The position numbers were made by a program, and so were the translations under genes. Positions 1-9,243 of a stretch of 32,000 nucleotides of DNA are shown one piece after another. Position 1 is the first letter of the stretch. Each line of letters begins with the position of its first letter. The notes beneath the pieces were generated by a model. That model searched no databases and was not told the origin of the DNA. It was given only the letters and a program-made list of their open reading frames with translations. The DNA is from Nostoc sp. PCC 7120 = FACHB-418 (GTDB lineage Bacteria; Cyanobacteriota; Cyanobacteriia; Cyanobacteriales; Nostocaceae), in assembly GCF_000009705.1 (NCBI RefSeq), contig NC_003240.1, forward strand, positions 150,001 to 182,000. The letters run 5' to 3'.

Positions 1-4
1 CCAA

Positions 5-3000
5 ATGTACCGTGAAATGATTGCCGAAGCAGCATTTCAAAATCAAATTGCAGTTGACCTTTTCAAGAGTGCCAAAAAACCTGAAATTGAAATTATTCGC
101 AACAACAGTCGGATTCTTCACCGTGAAGTCAACTATATTAAGGATAAGAAGAAAGATGTCTATATTGACAATACAATTCAACCGACAGGATATTCTCCTG
201 TTGAATTACTAATTGCTCAAACCAATCAGTATTTTGAAAAAGCTCGCCTCGAATCGCGTGAAATCGTTCAATTTCAAGCTTTATTTGAAGAGGTTGAATT
301 TTCTAACGAACAGCGATTAAAAGCTACCCTCATCAAAAAAGAATTCGACAAATCATTCAACCGAGCAAGTGAGCTATCTAAACAAAAAGAAACTGAAAAA
401 GGGCCATCTGTAAAAATTACCCTTGCTAATGGTAATCAAGTAAGTATAACTAATCTTCTACAGTATGATAATGAATTTATCTGGAAAGCTAATACAATTA
501 CGATAAAACTATCAGAAATATCCGAAGATAAGCGCAATAATAACCGTCCGCATAAATATTTAGTTTATGCTCAAATTAACGATGAAACTGAGAATGGTAA
601 ACCCAAGTTTAGAAAATTAGGGACACTGGCGAGGGAGCAAGAAAATAAACTCGAAGAGATAGTAATTACACTTGGGGAGGAAGTAAAATCTAACAAAATA
701 TCATTCCAACCTGAACTAAGCGAAGGTCAAATTAAACTTCTTTACCAAAAAGCTTACCAGATAGCAGAGGAATTTTATAATTCGCTCCCAGAAGACCAAA
801 AGCTAACAATGGCAGCTGCCACCTGGACGGTATCCACTACTCGTGAGAGTAATAATGATAAAAGTAGCGATCGCCAAAATAAAGTTTCTAATTTCGCCTT
901 TGCTGCCTTTCCTCAAGAGATTATCAGTCAGTTAGATACACTCAAGTTTACCGAGTTTAGTATCACTGGGTTTGACCGGAATAGTGAGTTTTTTAATGAA
1001 AATCAACCTCAGAGTATTCGATTTAATCTAGCTGAAGATGGAAAAAGCGTAATTGAAATCCAGAATCAAGAGGGTAATTACGAATCATTCGGAAATATTG
1101 AACAAAGTAACGCCCGGCTACCAATTGGTACTATTGCTATTGGCAGTATTGAAAAAGGTGAAGTATACACCACCTCTGTTACAACCAAAGTACCTGGACT
1201 ACCAGAACTAACTTTCAAAGTAGGCGAAGTTAATAAGTTTGGAAATTCCCAAAGGTTTAATAATGAACCTGTAATGTTAACAATCGAAAAGGTTGACCTG
1301 ATTCGGGAAGACTATACTATCTATCTTCAAAATGGCAATAAACCTGAAAAACTAGGCAATATTGATAAAGAATCAATCAAAGAAGGTATTACCCAAGGCT
1401 GGCTAGCAGAAAAGCCTGGGAATGGGCAACAGTTACATCTTAAAATTCAAACTATCATCACTGGACAAAATGCCTATGCTATAGCAGAGACATCTCAGAG
1501 CAATCTGTTACGAATTAATATTACGAATCCAAAATACAAGAAACAGGAGATTAACAACCAAGCATTTCAAGAAACTTTAGTTCGTGCATTTGATAAAAAG
1601 CACATTTATATTGCTAAAATTGGCGACCAATCACTCGGTATTATTGGTCAGCATAATGAACGTCTTGAAGCTGATTTAAATAAAGGAAATATACAAAAAC
1701 AGTGGCAAAGGAAAGAAACTAGCACTGTACAAAAATTAATTGATGCAGGTATTATTCGCCCAAACCAACAACGAACCACTATCCCTGTACAGATTACCAG
1801 TAATGAAAGTACTTGTAAAATAATAATTGATCCAGAAACAGTACAATATCCCGACAAATGGGTTAAACGCAGTCAGCTTATAAGTAATGAAAAGCCTGTC
1901 AGAGACGAGCAGCAAGAAAAACGCAACCAAATACTCGATAAAATTAACGAACGCCCTACAATCATGTTCCAAGATAAAGAGCAAAAATTAGTAGGGCTTT
2001 TAGGATTAGCAGTTGATGAAAATATAGCCGAAAAAACCAAAAAGTATCTCGAAAAAGTAGGAGTATCATACGAACAGCTTCCTAGATCACAAGCTCGGTT
2101 AGAAGCCAAAAAAGGAATGACTGTATTCGTACTTGATGAAAGTACCATCAGTGACGAATTAAGACAAACCTTTATTAACCGTGCTGGTGGTCATATCAAA
2201 AGTGCAGATACACCCTCACAAACCACTCCAATCATTCCCCAACAAACTGTATATTTTTATAATCCAAATCAACAATATACTTCCCCCAATGCATCGCTCT
2301 TAGAAACTAAAGAAGCTTTTGGATTAGTAGTTCCCGCACAAAACGCGGTCGCTGTAGCCACTTGGTTAGAATCGAAATCTACTGAAAACGACTATTTTAT
2401 TGAGAGTAACACAGCTACATTTATTTTCAATAAAAATGATATTAGTGAGGAAATTAATGAAGAATTAAATACTTTGCTTGGAGATGCTATTAATATCGCT
2501 GAAGTTGAGGGTTTTGACCGCTACGAACAGCTTAGTGCAGAGTTAAATGAAAAAGTCGCAACTGAAGGTAGTCTTTTAAAATTCAACCAAATTCCAGAAA
2601 ATAGTGAGTACCAAAAAGCTCTAAAAGCACTTCCTAACCGTCCAAGAGAACTCAATCAAGAAGATTCTCCAGTACCAATTATTCCTGCTAAAGCTTTACC
2701 AGAAAAGAATATAACTAATATTCAATTAAATACTAACGCCACAGTTGCAGGAATTTCACAAATCTATCAAAACGCGGTTGAGATACAAGTAGTAAAGAAT
2801 ACAAAATCAGAAGCTAAGAATCAACCAATATTACTACCCAACTCGCGTCAAGCCGATCCAACTAAAGCTATTGAAATCTTGGGTAAGGTAAACGAAAAAA
2901 AAGTAGACCAATTGCGATCGCATCTTGAAACCCACCTCAAACCTATACTTGAAAATGACAAATCTAACTATGCACCACTGAGACAAGTCGCCTGGGTCGG

Positions 3001-5665
3001 TGCAAAATGGGATTTGAAGGAGAAAGACTTCAAGCCAGGGATACAGGACGACAGGTTGATGGAACTTGTCAAACAAGTATATCCTGACGCTGATATTGTG
3101 CTGGTAACTTATTCCGAGAACCCCGGTGCTGGCATCAACTACCACCGCGATGACTCCTACGCCGCGACGGAAGCCCGCAGCATTAATATCAGAAATTCTG
3201 ACTGGGGCTATCGTGCTGCTAAGGAACGAATGGCATGGACTAGGGAAGAGAATCAGGACGCACCATACCAAGAGTTTAAACTTGAGTCGGGTACAGTAAC
3301 CCGCTTTAACTGCAAAAACGAACACGCTGCACTGAATACTGAGGCTGGCAGATGGTCTATCAACATCTGGTCAATTAAAAATGATCTGGGCAGAGAAAAC
3401 AGCGTTCGCCAGAAATTTGAAAACTTCCTCACCTCAAACCAACCTCCGCGTGCGGTAGTCCAAAGCAACAACGACCTTACCATCAAAGCTAACGAGTGGA
3501 CACCAGGGGGAGAAATTAAAGTAGAGCGCAGTTATACCAGCCTCAGAGAAGTCACCCAAAACATACCCTCACACCCTTCAAACCAACCAACTGTCGAAGA
3601 AATTATCGCCATTGCCAATTCCACTGCGGCACGCGCTGCTAATCCTCAGATTCCAGACAACCCGACTATATCTGGCAAACCAGTACCAATGGTTTATACG
3701 CTGCATCTGCACGGCGAAGCTGCCACAGTACCAGTTAACACAACCATCGATGCTATGCGCGGACACGGTAGAATACACACTACCAGAGGTGTAGACTACC
3801 AAAAAACTTATGGTATCAATGAGGGAGATATTGCGATCGCCCAAGGTAAAAACGGCGAGCAAGTTGCTTTTCGGGTAGGTAAGCAATACAAAATTACCAC
3901 CCAAATGATTCAAGACCCAAGTTACCAGCAAGCCTGGGCGAGATGGGAGAAGCATTCCACAAAAGAACTTACCCAAACTCAAGCGAGTAAGAGTCAGGTA
4001 TATGGCTTATTCATGGAGCCACTAGGAGATTATGTCAATGGCAAAATTGTTCCGTTCCCAACTAACCAAAAACAACCTGCAACTCCAGTAAATATCAGCC
4101 CCGACTCTAAAGATGGGCTGGGAGTAGCACTCAGCCTTGCCACTGCTCTCGCCAAAGAACAAGGCAAGCTGCAAAACGATTACCAAGTTTCAGTCAAAAA
4201 TAATCCAGAAGCTCCTGCTGGACAGTATGGAATAGAAACCCATGTCCAAAAACCTCAAGGGGTAGCATACGCATCCGCCGAACACGCATTTAATCACCAA
4301 AAGCAGTTGCATCCATCAGTTGATGAATACCAGCTAATGGTAGAAGTGCTTCAGGCTAAACTCGAACAACACCCCCGGCTGACTGAGGCGATCGCCAAAC
4401 GCGGGGGAGTCAATTGGCTAGAGAACTGTACGAGCATAAGTAATGCCCAAGATAAAAAGTGGGAGGGTGAGGGTAAAGAATCCGCATTTATTCAAGCCTT
4501 TAGCGAAGCGTATATGTATGTAGTTGCAAAATCACAACAAACTACAGTACAAACCCAGCACAACAAGTCCCAACAGACTGCTCTGCGGCCCACAAATCCA
4601 CTGTCCCAACTCGAACCTATAAACGCCGCCGTCGCTGAACACATGAAAAAAGACATTGCGATGGCCCAAATAGCTACCCAGTTTATCGGTAAATCAGCTG
4701 CACCCCTCGGTACACCTTCAAGCACACGAAATTACGAGCAAGCATGGGGAGAGCGCGCCAACACAGGAAATTACTCAAAAGAAGACATCATTATGGTGTC
4801 CGGATCTGGCCCGTGGCGCGGAGTAACAAGCGAGGAAATTGCCCAAACATTTGAAAATCACTATAAACCCTTACTTAATAAGGCAATAGCAGCGAAAAGC
4901 TCTTTTATAGTTGGAAACGCACAAGGAACTGACCAATTAGTTCACAATTATCTTCAAGAAAAAGGGTACAGAGTAGAACAAACTTCCCAAGGATACGCAG
5001 TATTTAATCCTGTAGAAAACACCAAAGTTAGTAGCGATATTATTTCTACTAATACACAAGTATCAGATAACTCATTAATTTCTAAAAACAAGAGCATTTT
5101 TTCATCACAACAAAGCCAAGAACCAAATATTGACCAAGCACTCGCATCATCTGCTCAACCCAATATGCAGCACGTTGGAGCAATGGATAGCATTATCGAG
5201 CGGATGAAAGCTAATACAGTGCAAAATCTCCAAGACTGGTATATGGCAGCTGAAAAACTCGGTAAATCAGACACATATCTCAATAGAATTCAAGAGATAA
5301 CTAATTTATACATTCAAGAAAATATTAGTCTTGAGAATGCTTTTAAGGCAATGGAACAAGACATTAAAGAATTAGAAAAAGTTAATGAGATGACCAGTTT
5401 TGCTCAACGTGTAGTTAAGACAATTGGACAAGAGGATATTAATGGCATTATGTCAGTCCAAACAGAAAAATATCAGATTGCTACTCAAACTCAAACCCAA
5501 ACTTATTTAGTTAAAGATAAAAAGGATAATATCTTGTTATATGTCAAACAAGGAAAAACTCAAGTAAGTAACATTAGTGATGAAACATTACAAGATTTTC
5601 AATTTATGAGCGATCGCATCAATAATGCACTCAAAGATGTCAAAAAAGATTTAGTAGAAAGGTAA
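5..5665 (+). CDS. Giant (at least 1886 aa) multidomain 'polyvalent' protein of a mobile element. The true 5' end probably lies upstream of the window.
   Basis: Uninterrupted 5.66 kb ORF. The frame is already open at nt 2-4, before the first ATG. It contains several recognisable enzymatic motif sets (listed as sub-features) separated by Q/N/S/T-rich linkers. All antisense ORFs inside it are short shadow ORFs. Confidence 0.85.
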   Translation: MYREMIAEAAFQNQIAVDLFKSAKKPEIEIIRNNSRILHREVNYIKDKKKDVYIDNTIQPTGYSPVELLIAQTNQYFEKARLESREIVQFQALFEEVEFSNEQRLKATLIKKEFDKSFNRASELSKQKETEKGPSVKITLANGNQVSITNLLQYDNEFIWKANTITIKLSEISEDKRNNNRPHKYLVYAQINDETENGKPKFRKLGTLAREQENKLEEIVITLGEEVKSNKISFQPELSEGQIKLLYQKAYQIAEEFYNSLPEDQKLTMAAATWTVSTTRESNNDKSSDRQNKVSNFAFAAFPQEIISQLDTLKFTEFSITGFDRNSEFFNENQPQSIRFNLAEDGKSVIEIQNQEGNYESFGNIEQSNARLPIGTIAIGSIEKGEVYTTSVTTKVPGLPELTFKVGEVNKFGNSQRFNNEPVMLTIEKVDLIREDYTIYLQNGNKPEKLGNIDKESIKEGITQGWLAEKPGNGQQLHLKIQTIITGQNAYAIAETSQSNLLRINITNPKYKKQEINNQAFQETLVRAFDKKHIYIAKIGDQSLGIIGQHNERLEADLNKGNIQKQWQRKETSTVQKLIDAGIIRPNQQRTTIPVQITSNESTCKIIIDPETVQYPDKWVKRSQLISNEKPVRDEQQEKRNQILDKINERPTIMFQDKEQKLVGLLGLAVDENIAEKTKKYLEKVGVSYEQLPRSQARLEAKKGMTVFVLDESTISDELRQTFINRAGGHIKSADTPSQTTPIIPQQTVYFYNPNQQYTSPNASLLETKEAFGLVVPAQNAVAVATWLESKSTENDYFIESNTATFIFNKNDISEEINEELNTLLGDAINIAEVEGFDRYEQLSAELNEKVATEGSLLKFNQIPENSEYQKALKALPNRPRELNQEDSPVPIIPAKALPEKNITNIQLNTNATVAGISQIYQNAVEIQVVKNTKSEAKNQPILLPNSRQADPTKAIEILGKVNEKKVDQLRSHLETHLKPILENDKSNYAPLRQVAWVGAKWDLKEKDFKPGIQDDRLMELVKQVYPDADIVLVTYSENPGAGINYHRDDSYAATEARSINIRNSDWGYRAAKERMAWTREENQDAPYQEFKLESGTVTRFNCKNEHAALNTEAGRWSINIWSIKNDLGRENSVRQKFENFLTSNQPPRAVVQSNNDLTIKANEWTPGGEIKVERSYTSLREVTQNIPSHPSNQPTVEEIIAIANSTAARAANPQIPDNPTISGKPVPMVYTLHLHGEAATVPVNTTIDAMRGHGRIHTTRGVDYQKTYGINEGDIAIAQGKNGEQVAFRVGKQYKITTQMIQDPSYQQAWARWEKHSTKELTQTQASKSQVYGLFMEPLGDYVNGKIVPFPTNQKQPATPVNISPDSKDGLGVALSLATALAKEQGKLQNDYQVSVKNNPEAPAGQYGIETHVQKPQGVAYASAEHAFNHQKQLHPSVDEYQLMVEVLQAKLEQHPRLTEAIAKRGGVNWLENCTSISNAQDKKWEGEGKESAFIQAFSEAYMYVVAKSQQTTVQTQHNKSQQTALRPTNPLSQLEPINAAVAEHMKKDIAMAQIATQFIGKSAAPLGTPSSTRNYEQAWGERANTGNYSKEDIIMVSGSGPWRGVTSEEIAQTFENHYKPLLNKAIAAKSSFIVGNAQGTDQLVHNYLQEKGYRVEQTSQGYAVFNPVENTKVSSDIISTNTQVSDNSLISKNKSIFSSQQSQEPNIDQALASSAQPNMQHVGAMDSIIERMKANTVQNLQDWYMAAEKLGKSDTYLNRIQEITNLYIQENISLENAFKAMEQDIKELEKVNEMTSFAQRVVKTIGQEDINGIMSVQTEKYQIATQTQTQTYLVKDKKDNILLYVKQGKTQVSNISDETLQDFQFMSDRINNALKDVKKDLVER
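2950..3390 (+). other. AlkB-like 2OG-Fe(II) dioxygenase domain within the giant ORF
   Basis: The facial triad and 2OG-binding motif have typical spacing: INYHRDD (H1047/D1049, nt 3143-3151), NEHAA (H1107, nt 3323) and RWSINIW (R1116, nt 3350). This resembles the AlkB HxD...H...RxxxxxR pattern. Confidence 0.65.
4100..4520 (+). other. NADAR/YbiA-like domain within the giant ORF
   Basis: YASAEHAFNHQK (E1426 at nt 4280), followed by MVEVLQAKLEQHPRLTEAIAKRGGVNWLEN and DKKWEGEG. This resembles the NADAR signature (Y.S.EH...Q..K / KF.Q.P.L...L..TG...L.E / D..WG.G). Recognised by eye only. Confidence 0.5.
4785..4990 (+). other. Possible Rossmann-like SLOG/DprA/YpsA-type module within the giant ORF
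   Basis: IIMVSGSGPWRG ... FIVGNAQGTDQLVHNYL resembles the glycine-rich loop plus GxAxGxD motif of SLOG-superfamily domains. The assignment is weak. Confidence 0.3.
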
Positions 5666-5672
5666 TTTTACT

Positions 5673-6443
5673 ATGAAAGAACTAGTTGAGTTTCCAGTAG
5701 AAGGTTTAACTCCAGCAATGCAAGCTTGTCTCCTCAGAGAATTAATCGCACAGCTTAATATACCTGATGAGAAATTTGAAGAATATGCAAAAAATCCTCC
5801 AACTGCTGAGGAACGACAAGAGGCTGTGTTAAAGTTAAATTCAGAAATGAATAGAATCAGTGAAATAGCACAAGAAGAAGTAAAGTTAAGTTCCACAGAA
5901 ATTGAACCTATCAATTTTGTTAATCCAGTTAGTCCAGAGTCATCTTTACAACCCGAAGTAAGCCAGTTTAAAGACAATACAATTGAGCCAGATGTTCTAA
6001 AAAATTTTACAGATAAAAATGACGACAATAATGGCAACCTAGTAGAAGAATGTCAACACGATAAAGTGCAATCTATTATCGCTAATTTACAAATTCAACA
6101 ATTTGTTATTCCTGTAATCTTAGACCGCTTAAATATATTTGGAAAACCAGACAAAGAGACAGAAAGTATCATTTATCAAAGTGAGGCATATACTGCAAGT
6201 CTAAAATTAGAAGAAGATTCACAAACTCTTAGCCTTGATAGAAATTCGCCTGATTCAGAAGCAAGCCAAGAAGCACTCCTAGCATCTCGTAATCAGAGCT
6301 CAGAGAATTACTCTATCATCATCAATAACCTTACCCATAATGAATTTGAACGTTTTAAGGCTCTGTTCGATGAGCAACAAGCACGCTGCGAACAGAACCA
6401 ACAAGAATTCAAAAGCCAGGATGCTGTTAAAGAGATAGATTAA
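5673..6443 (+). CDS. Strongly acidic hypothetical protein, probably co-transcribed with the giant gene
   Basis: 256-aa ORF starting 8 nt after the giant ORF stop. Composition is D/E/Q/S-rich, and the antisense ORF 5651-6037 looks like a shadow. Confidence 0.7.
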   Translation: MKELVEFPVEGLTPAMQACLLRELIAQLNIPDEKFEEYAKNPPTAEERQEAVLKLNSEMNRISEIAQEEVKLSSTEIEPINFVNPVSPESSLQPEVSQFKDNTIEPDVLKNFTDKNDDNNGNLVEECQHDKVQSIIANLQIQQFVIPVILDRLNIFGKPDKETESIIYQSEAYTASLKLEEDSQTLSLDRNSPDSEASQEALLASRNQSSENYSIIINNLTHNEFERFKALFDEQQARCEQNQQEFKSQDAVKEID

Positions 6444-6689
6444 TTAAATCAACCCAAAGCACACACCATACGAAAAAGCTATAAACCCCAAAATTAGCTT
6501 GTTATTAAAGCTCAAGGGAGTTTTGGGGCAAATAACAACCGCAGCAGAAAAATAGTAAAAAGACGCAGTAAAGTCAAACAAACTCGTCGGGTTAATAGGT
6601 AATCTACCTAACCCGACCAAACATAGCATTACTATTAAAGACCAAACAACAATATTTTCTATCCATCCTAAAATTTTATTGACATTCAT
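6444..6689 (-). CDS. Small hydrophobic (about 3 TM) hypothetical protein
   Basis: 81-aa ORF with three hydrophobic stretches, convergent with and abutting the stop of the 5673-6443 ORF. No homology recognised. Confidence 0.4.
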   Translation of the reverse strand: MNVNKILGWIENIVVWSLIVMLCLVGLGRLPINPTSLFDFTASFYYFSAAVVICPKTPLSFNNKLILGFIAFSYGVCFGLI

Positions 6690-6945
6690 AAAAAATCGTT
6701 TATTACTCCCTAAATTTGATAAATACTATTAAAACTAAAACCGTTCAATAAAATTGCCTAGTAAATAGATTGCTTAATGAAAACTACATAAACCATCCAA
6801 TCACTTTGTAAATTTTTTAAATTTAAAAATAAAGTTTTTAAATAAGCTGATTAATTTATAGTAACTGTAAAGATTAAGAAACAGTAAAAAGTAAGTGGTA
6901 TAAGTATTATTATCAGGGACAATACTAAACCAAACAGTATGTAAT

Positions 6946-7734
6946 ATGAAACCTATTAATGTTGTCATCATTGAAAATGAGAACATATCTAGGGTTGGCG
7001 CGGCAGCAATATTATCTGAAACTGGTAAAATCCAGGTATGTGGCCTTGCTAAAACCGGAAAGGAAGGAATAGAAACTGTTGACCAACAAAAGCCAGATAT
7101 CGTGGTGATAAATATTGATTTACCTGATATCAATGGCACTGATGTCATAAGTTTAATTAAATGCAAACACACGTCAATTAAAATAGTGGTTATGACTGCA
7201 AATAGCAGCAGAGATACCATTAACGCAGCAATTAGTAATGGCGCAGACTGCTACTACTGTAAAAATAATGCCAGAGAAGAAGTAGGAGAAAGATTCATTG
7301 AAGCAGTAATGGCTGCATACAATAATGAATCATGGATTGACCCAACTATTAATCGCATTTTGATTGATAATCTTAGGTCAAATGACACAGCCGATAGAGA
7401 TTCACTAGATTTGTTAAGTGATTTCTCTAATAAAGAAATTACAGTTCTCAAATTAGCGGCTGGTGGCATGAAAAATAATGAAATTGCTAATGTCATGTAT
7501 GTTTCCGAAGGTACAGTCAGGTCATATTTACATAATTCATTTATCAAGTTAGGAGTCAAAGATAGATTAAACGCTATCCGGGAAGCTATCCGTCTGGGAA
7601 TCCTCAGCTTTGCAGACATGAAAATCGAAGAAGAAGTTACTCAAGAAAGCCATACAAGAGTCAAAACCAACCAAAATAGTCAAAAGGATACAGCTAAAAC
7701 GAGTAATAAGGGATACAAAGGCTGGGTTGCCTAG
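6946..7734 (+). CDS. Response regulator transcription factor, NarL/FixJ (LuxR-type HTH) family
   Basis: Receiver motifs are present: PDIVVINIDLPDINGTD (phospho-acceptor Asp), VVMTANSS, GADCYYCK. The C-terminal LuxR HTH reads ITVLKLAAGGMKNNEIANVMYVSEGTVRSYLHNSFIKLGVKDRLNAI. Confidence 0.9.
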   Translation: MKPINVVIIENENISRVGAAAILSETGKIQVCGLAKTGKEGIETVDQQKPDIVVINIDLPDINGTDVISLIKCKHTSIKIVVMTANSSRDTINAAISNGADCYYCKNNAREEVGERFIEAVMAAYNNESWIDPTINRILIDNLRSNDTADRDSLDLLSDFSNKEITVLKLAAGGMKNNEIANVMYVSEGTVRSYLHNSFIKLGVKDRLNAIREAIRLGILSFADMKIEEEVTQESHTRVKTNQNSQKDTAKTSNKGYKGWVA

Positions 7735-7738
7735 AGAG

Positions 7739-8359
7739 TTAATCAACTGCAATTATGCAGCCACCTGAATACTTCTTCTGCTGACGGCAAGTTTTAATGA
7801 TGGCAGCGTTTCTAACATAAATACTACGTGCTACCTTACCTTCATTAGATTTGGCCCAATCCAGAAGCTTTTTATCTTCGGGTTGTAAAATAGCATTTCC
7901 AGAAGCCGCCTGCTGAAAAGTTACACTTCCAGCAATAGTTTTGTATGTAAAAACACCAATTGTAGCTCCCAAAGCCAGTACAAAACCCAACACTCCCGCT
8001 ACTTGTGCCAATCGCCAATTACTTACACCCAAGAGAGGCAATGCCCCACCAGCTTGCTTAGTCATCTTAATTAAATCCTTAGCGGCTTGGGCGATCGCAT
8101 TTTTTTGTTGCTGTATTGCCACCTTAGAAGCACTATTTAACTTATCGTCCACCATGTCAGCCCAACCCACCACAAGCGAGTCAAGCCTACCAGGTAGTTG
8201 CTGCAACGCAAATTGGGTTGTACCTAGTTCCGCGTATAGGTTAAACAAGGGATCGTCAGGTCGAACACCCAATTTAAGTATCCAATCAGTGACCTCTGCT
8301 TTCTTTTCTTCAGAATATTCTGCAATAACTTTTTCAACAACTTTTGCAATATTGGTCAT
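7739..8359 (-). CDS. Hypothetical protein with one central or C-terminal hydrophobic segment; last gene of the TraL-like operon
   Basis: 206-aa ORF, co-directional with and 55 nt downstream of the ORF 8415-9230. It carries the hydrophobic stretch LAQVAGVLGFVLALGATIGVFTY. Confidence 0.65.
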   Translation of the reverse strand: MTNIAKVVEKVIAEYSEEKKAEVTDWILKLGVRPDDPLFNLYAELGTTQFALQQLPGRLDSLVVGWADMVDDKLNSASKVAIQQQKNAIAQAAKDLIKMTKQAGGALPLLGVSNWRLAQVAGVLGFVLALGATIGVFTYKTIAGSVTFQQAASGNAILQPEDKKLLDWAKSNEGKVARSIYVRNAAIIKTCRQQKKYSGGCIIAVD

Positions 8360-8414
8360 AGGTTATTTAAGCAGTTAATTTAAAACCTCACTGTCAATTT
8401 GGTAAAGCTCATAC

Positions 8415-9230
8415 TTACCATTCTTCAGATGCAATATCTTCATTTACATCAAAATTGGAATTATTTTGTTTATGTGTGCCTATAGAAGCTAGTTCTGTAC
8501 AGTTCTTACTCAATCCTAAATAATTAGTAGCTATCTCATTAGTCACAATGGAGTTATGAAAATTCTCCATCCAGTTAAATACTATCGAACGCTGAATAGT
8601 ATTAAGAGGGGAGTCAGTTTCAATAAGTTGAGCATAGGGTAAACCAGTATCCTCAAGCAACTGATATAAGTCATTATATAAACCACCTAAAACTAATTCC
8701 GAACCGTTTAATTTTTTAATATCAGCTTGAAATTGACTACCTTCATAGTATCGAAATTGCTTGCCAAAGTAATAGTTTTTGATAACAACATAGTCAACTT
8801 GACTACTAAAATGGTTGTATAAATCCTGAAGATAATCTTCAACACAGTCTTTACGATGTGATATCGGGTGCAAGAAAGTAACACGATATCCGAGATGGTT
8901 AAGATTTTCTATCAGTGAAACATCTTTATCAAAAAACTTGAACTCTTGATGGTTTTGACCTGGCATATCCGTCAAAACTACATCAATATTTGGAAACATT
9001 TCTAAGTCCAGTAATAATCTATCCGAATCGCCCCTAGACAATCCCAAATGGTTTATTTCAAAACCTTTTGATTTATACATCGATAGCTTGTTACGATAAC
9101 CGTGGTAGAAAACACGCGCATTGCATTTACTTTTCAAGTACAATTCCAGTAAGAGCCTAGAAACTGTGGACTTACCCACACGAGCATCACCCGATGTAAT
9201 TACAAAACGCTTTCCAAACATAAAAGCCAA
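8415..9230 (-). CDS. TraL/ParA-like P-loop protein with a degenerate Walker A (paralogue of the upstream gene)
   Basis: ITSGDARVGKST replaces the KGGxGKST motif. It shares VDYVVIKNYYFG and the overall layout with the neighbour (VDYIVVKNLFHG). Confidence 0.7.
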   Translation of the reverse strand: MAFMFGKRFVITSGDARVGKSTVSRLLLELYLKSKCNARVFYHGYRNKLSMYKSKGFEINHLGLSRGDSDRLLLDLEMFPNIDVVLTDMPGQNHQEFKFFDKDVSLIENLNHLGYRVTFLHPISHRKDCVEDYLQDLYNHFSSQVDYVVIKNYYFGKQFRYYEGSQFQADIKKLNGSELVLGGLYNDLYQLLEDTGLPYAQLIETDSPLNTIQRSIVFNWMENFHNSIVTNEIATNYLGLSKNCTELASIGTHKQNNSNFDVNEDIASEEW

Positions 9231-9243
9231 GCAACCTATTCAA

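Noticed and set aside
21-4725. Nine ORFs from the track lying inside or antisense to the giant gene (21-212, 1648-1857, 1736-1984, 1873-2148, 2834-3325, 3253-3486, 3578-3982, 3612-3794, 4492-4725)
   Set aside because: All are nested in a 5.66-kb ORF with clear domain motifs. Their translations are Cys/Phe/Leu/Ser-rich with no motifs, which is typical of shadow frames.
5651-8378. Antisense ORFs 5651-6037, 6801-7220, 7254-7619, 7567-7752 and 7941-8378
   Set aside because: Each overlaps a better-supported gene on the other strand (the acidic ORF, the response regulator with full receiver/HTH motifs, and the 206-aa operon gene). None has a recognisable motif.
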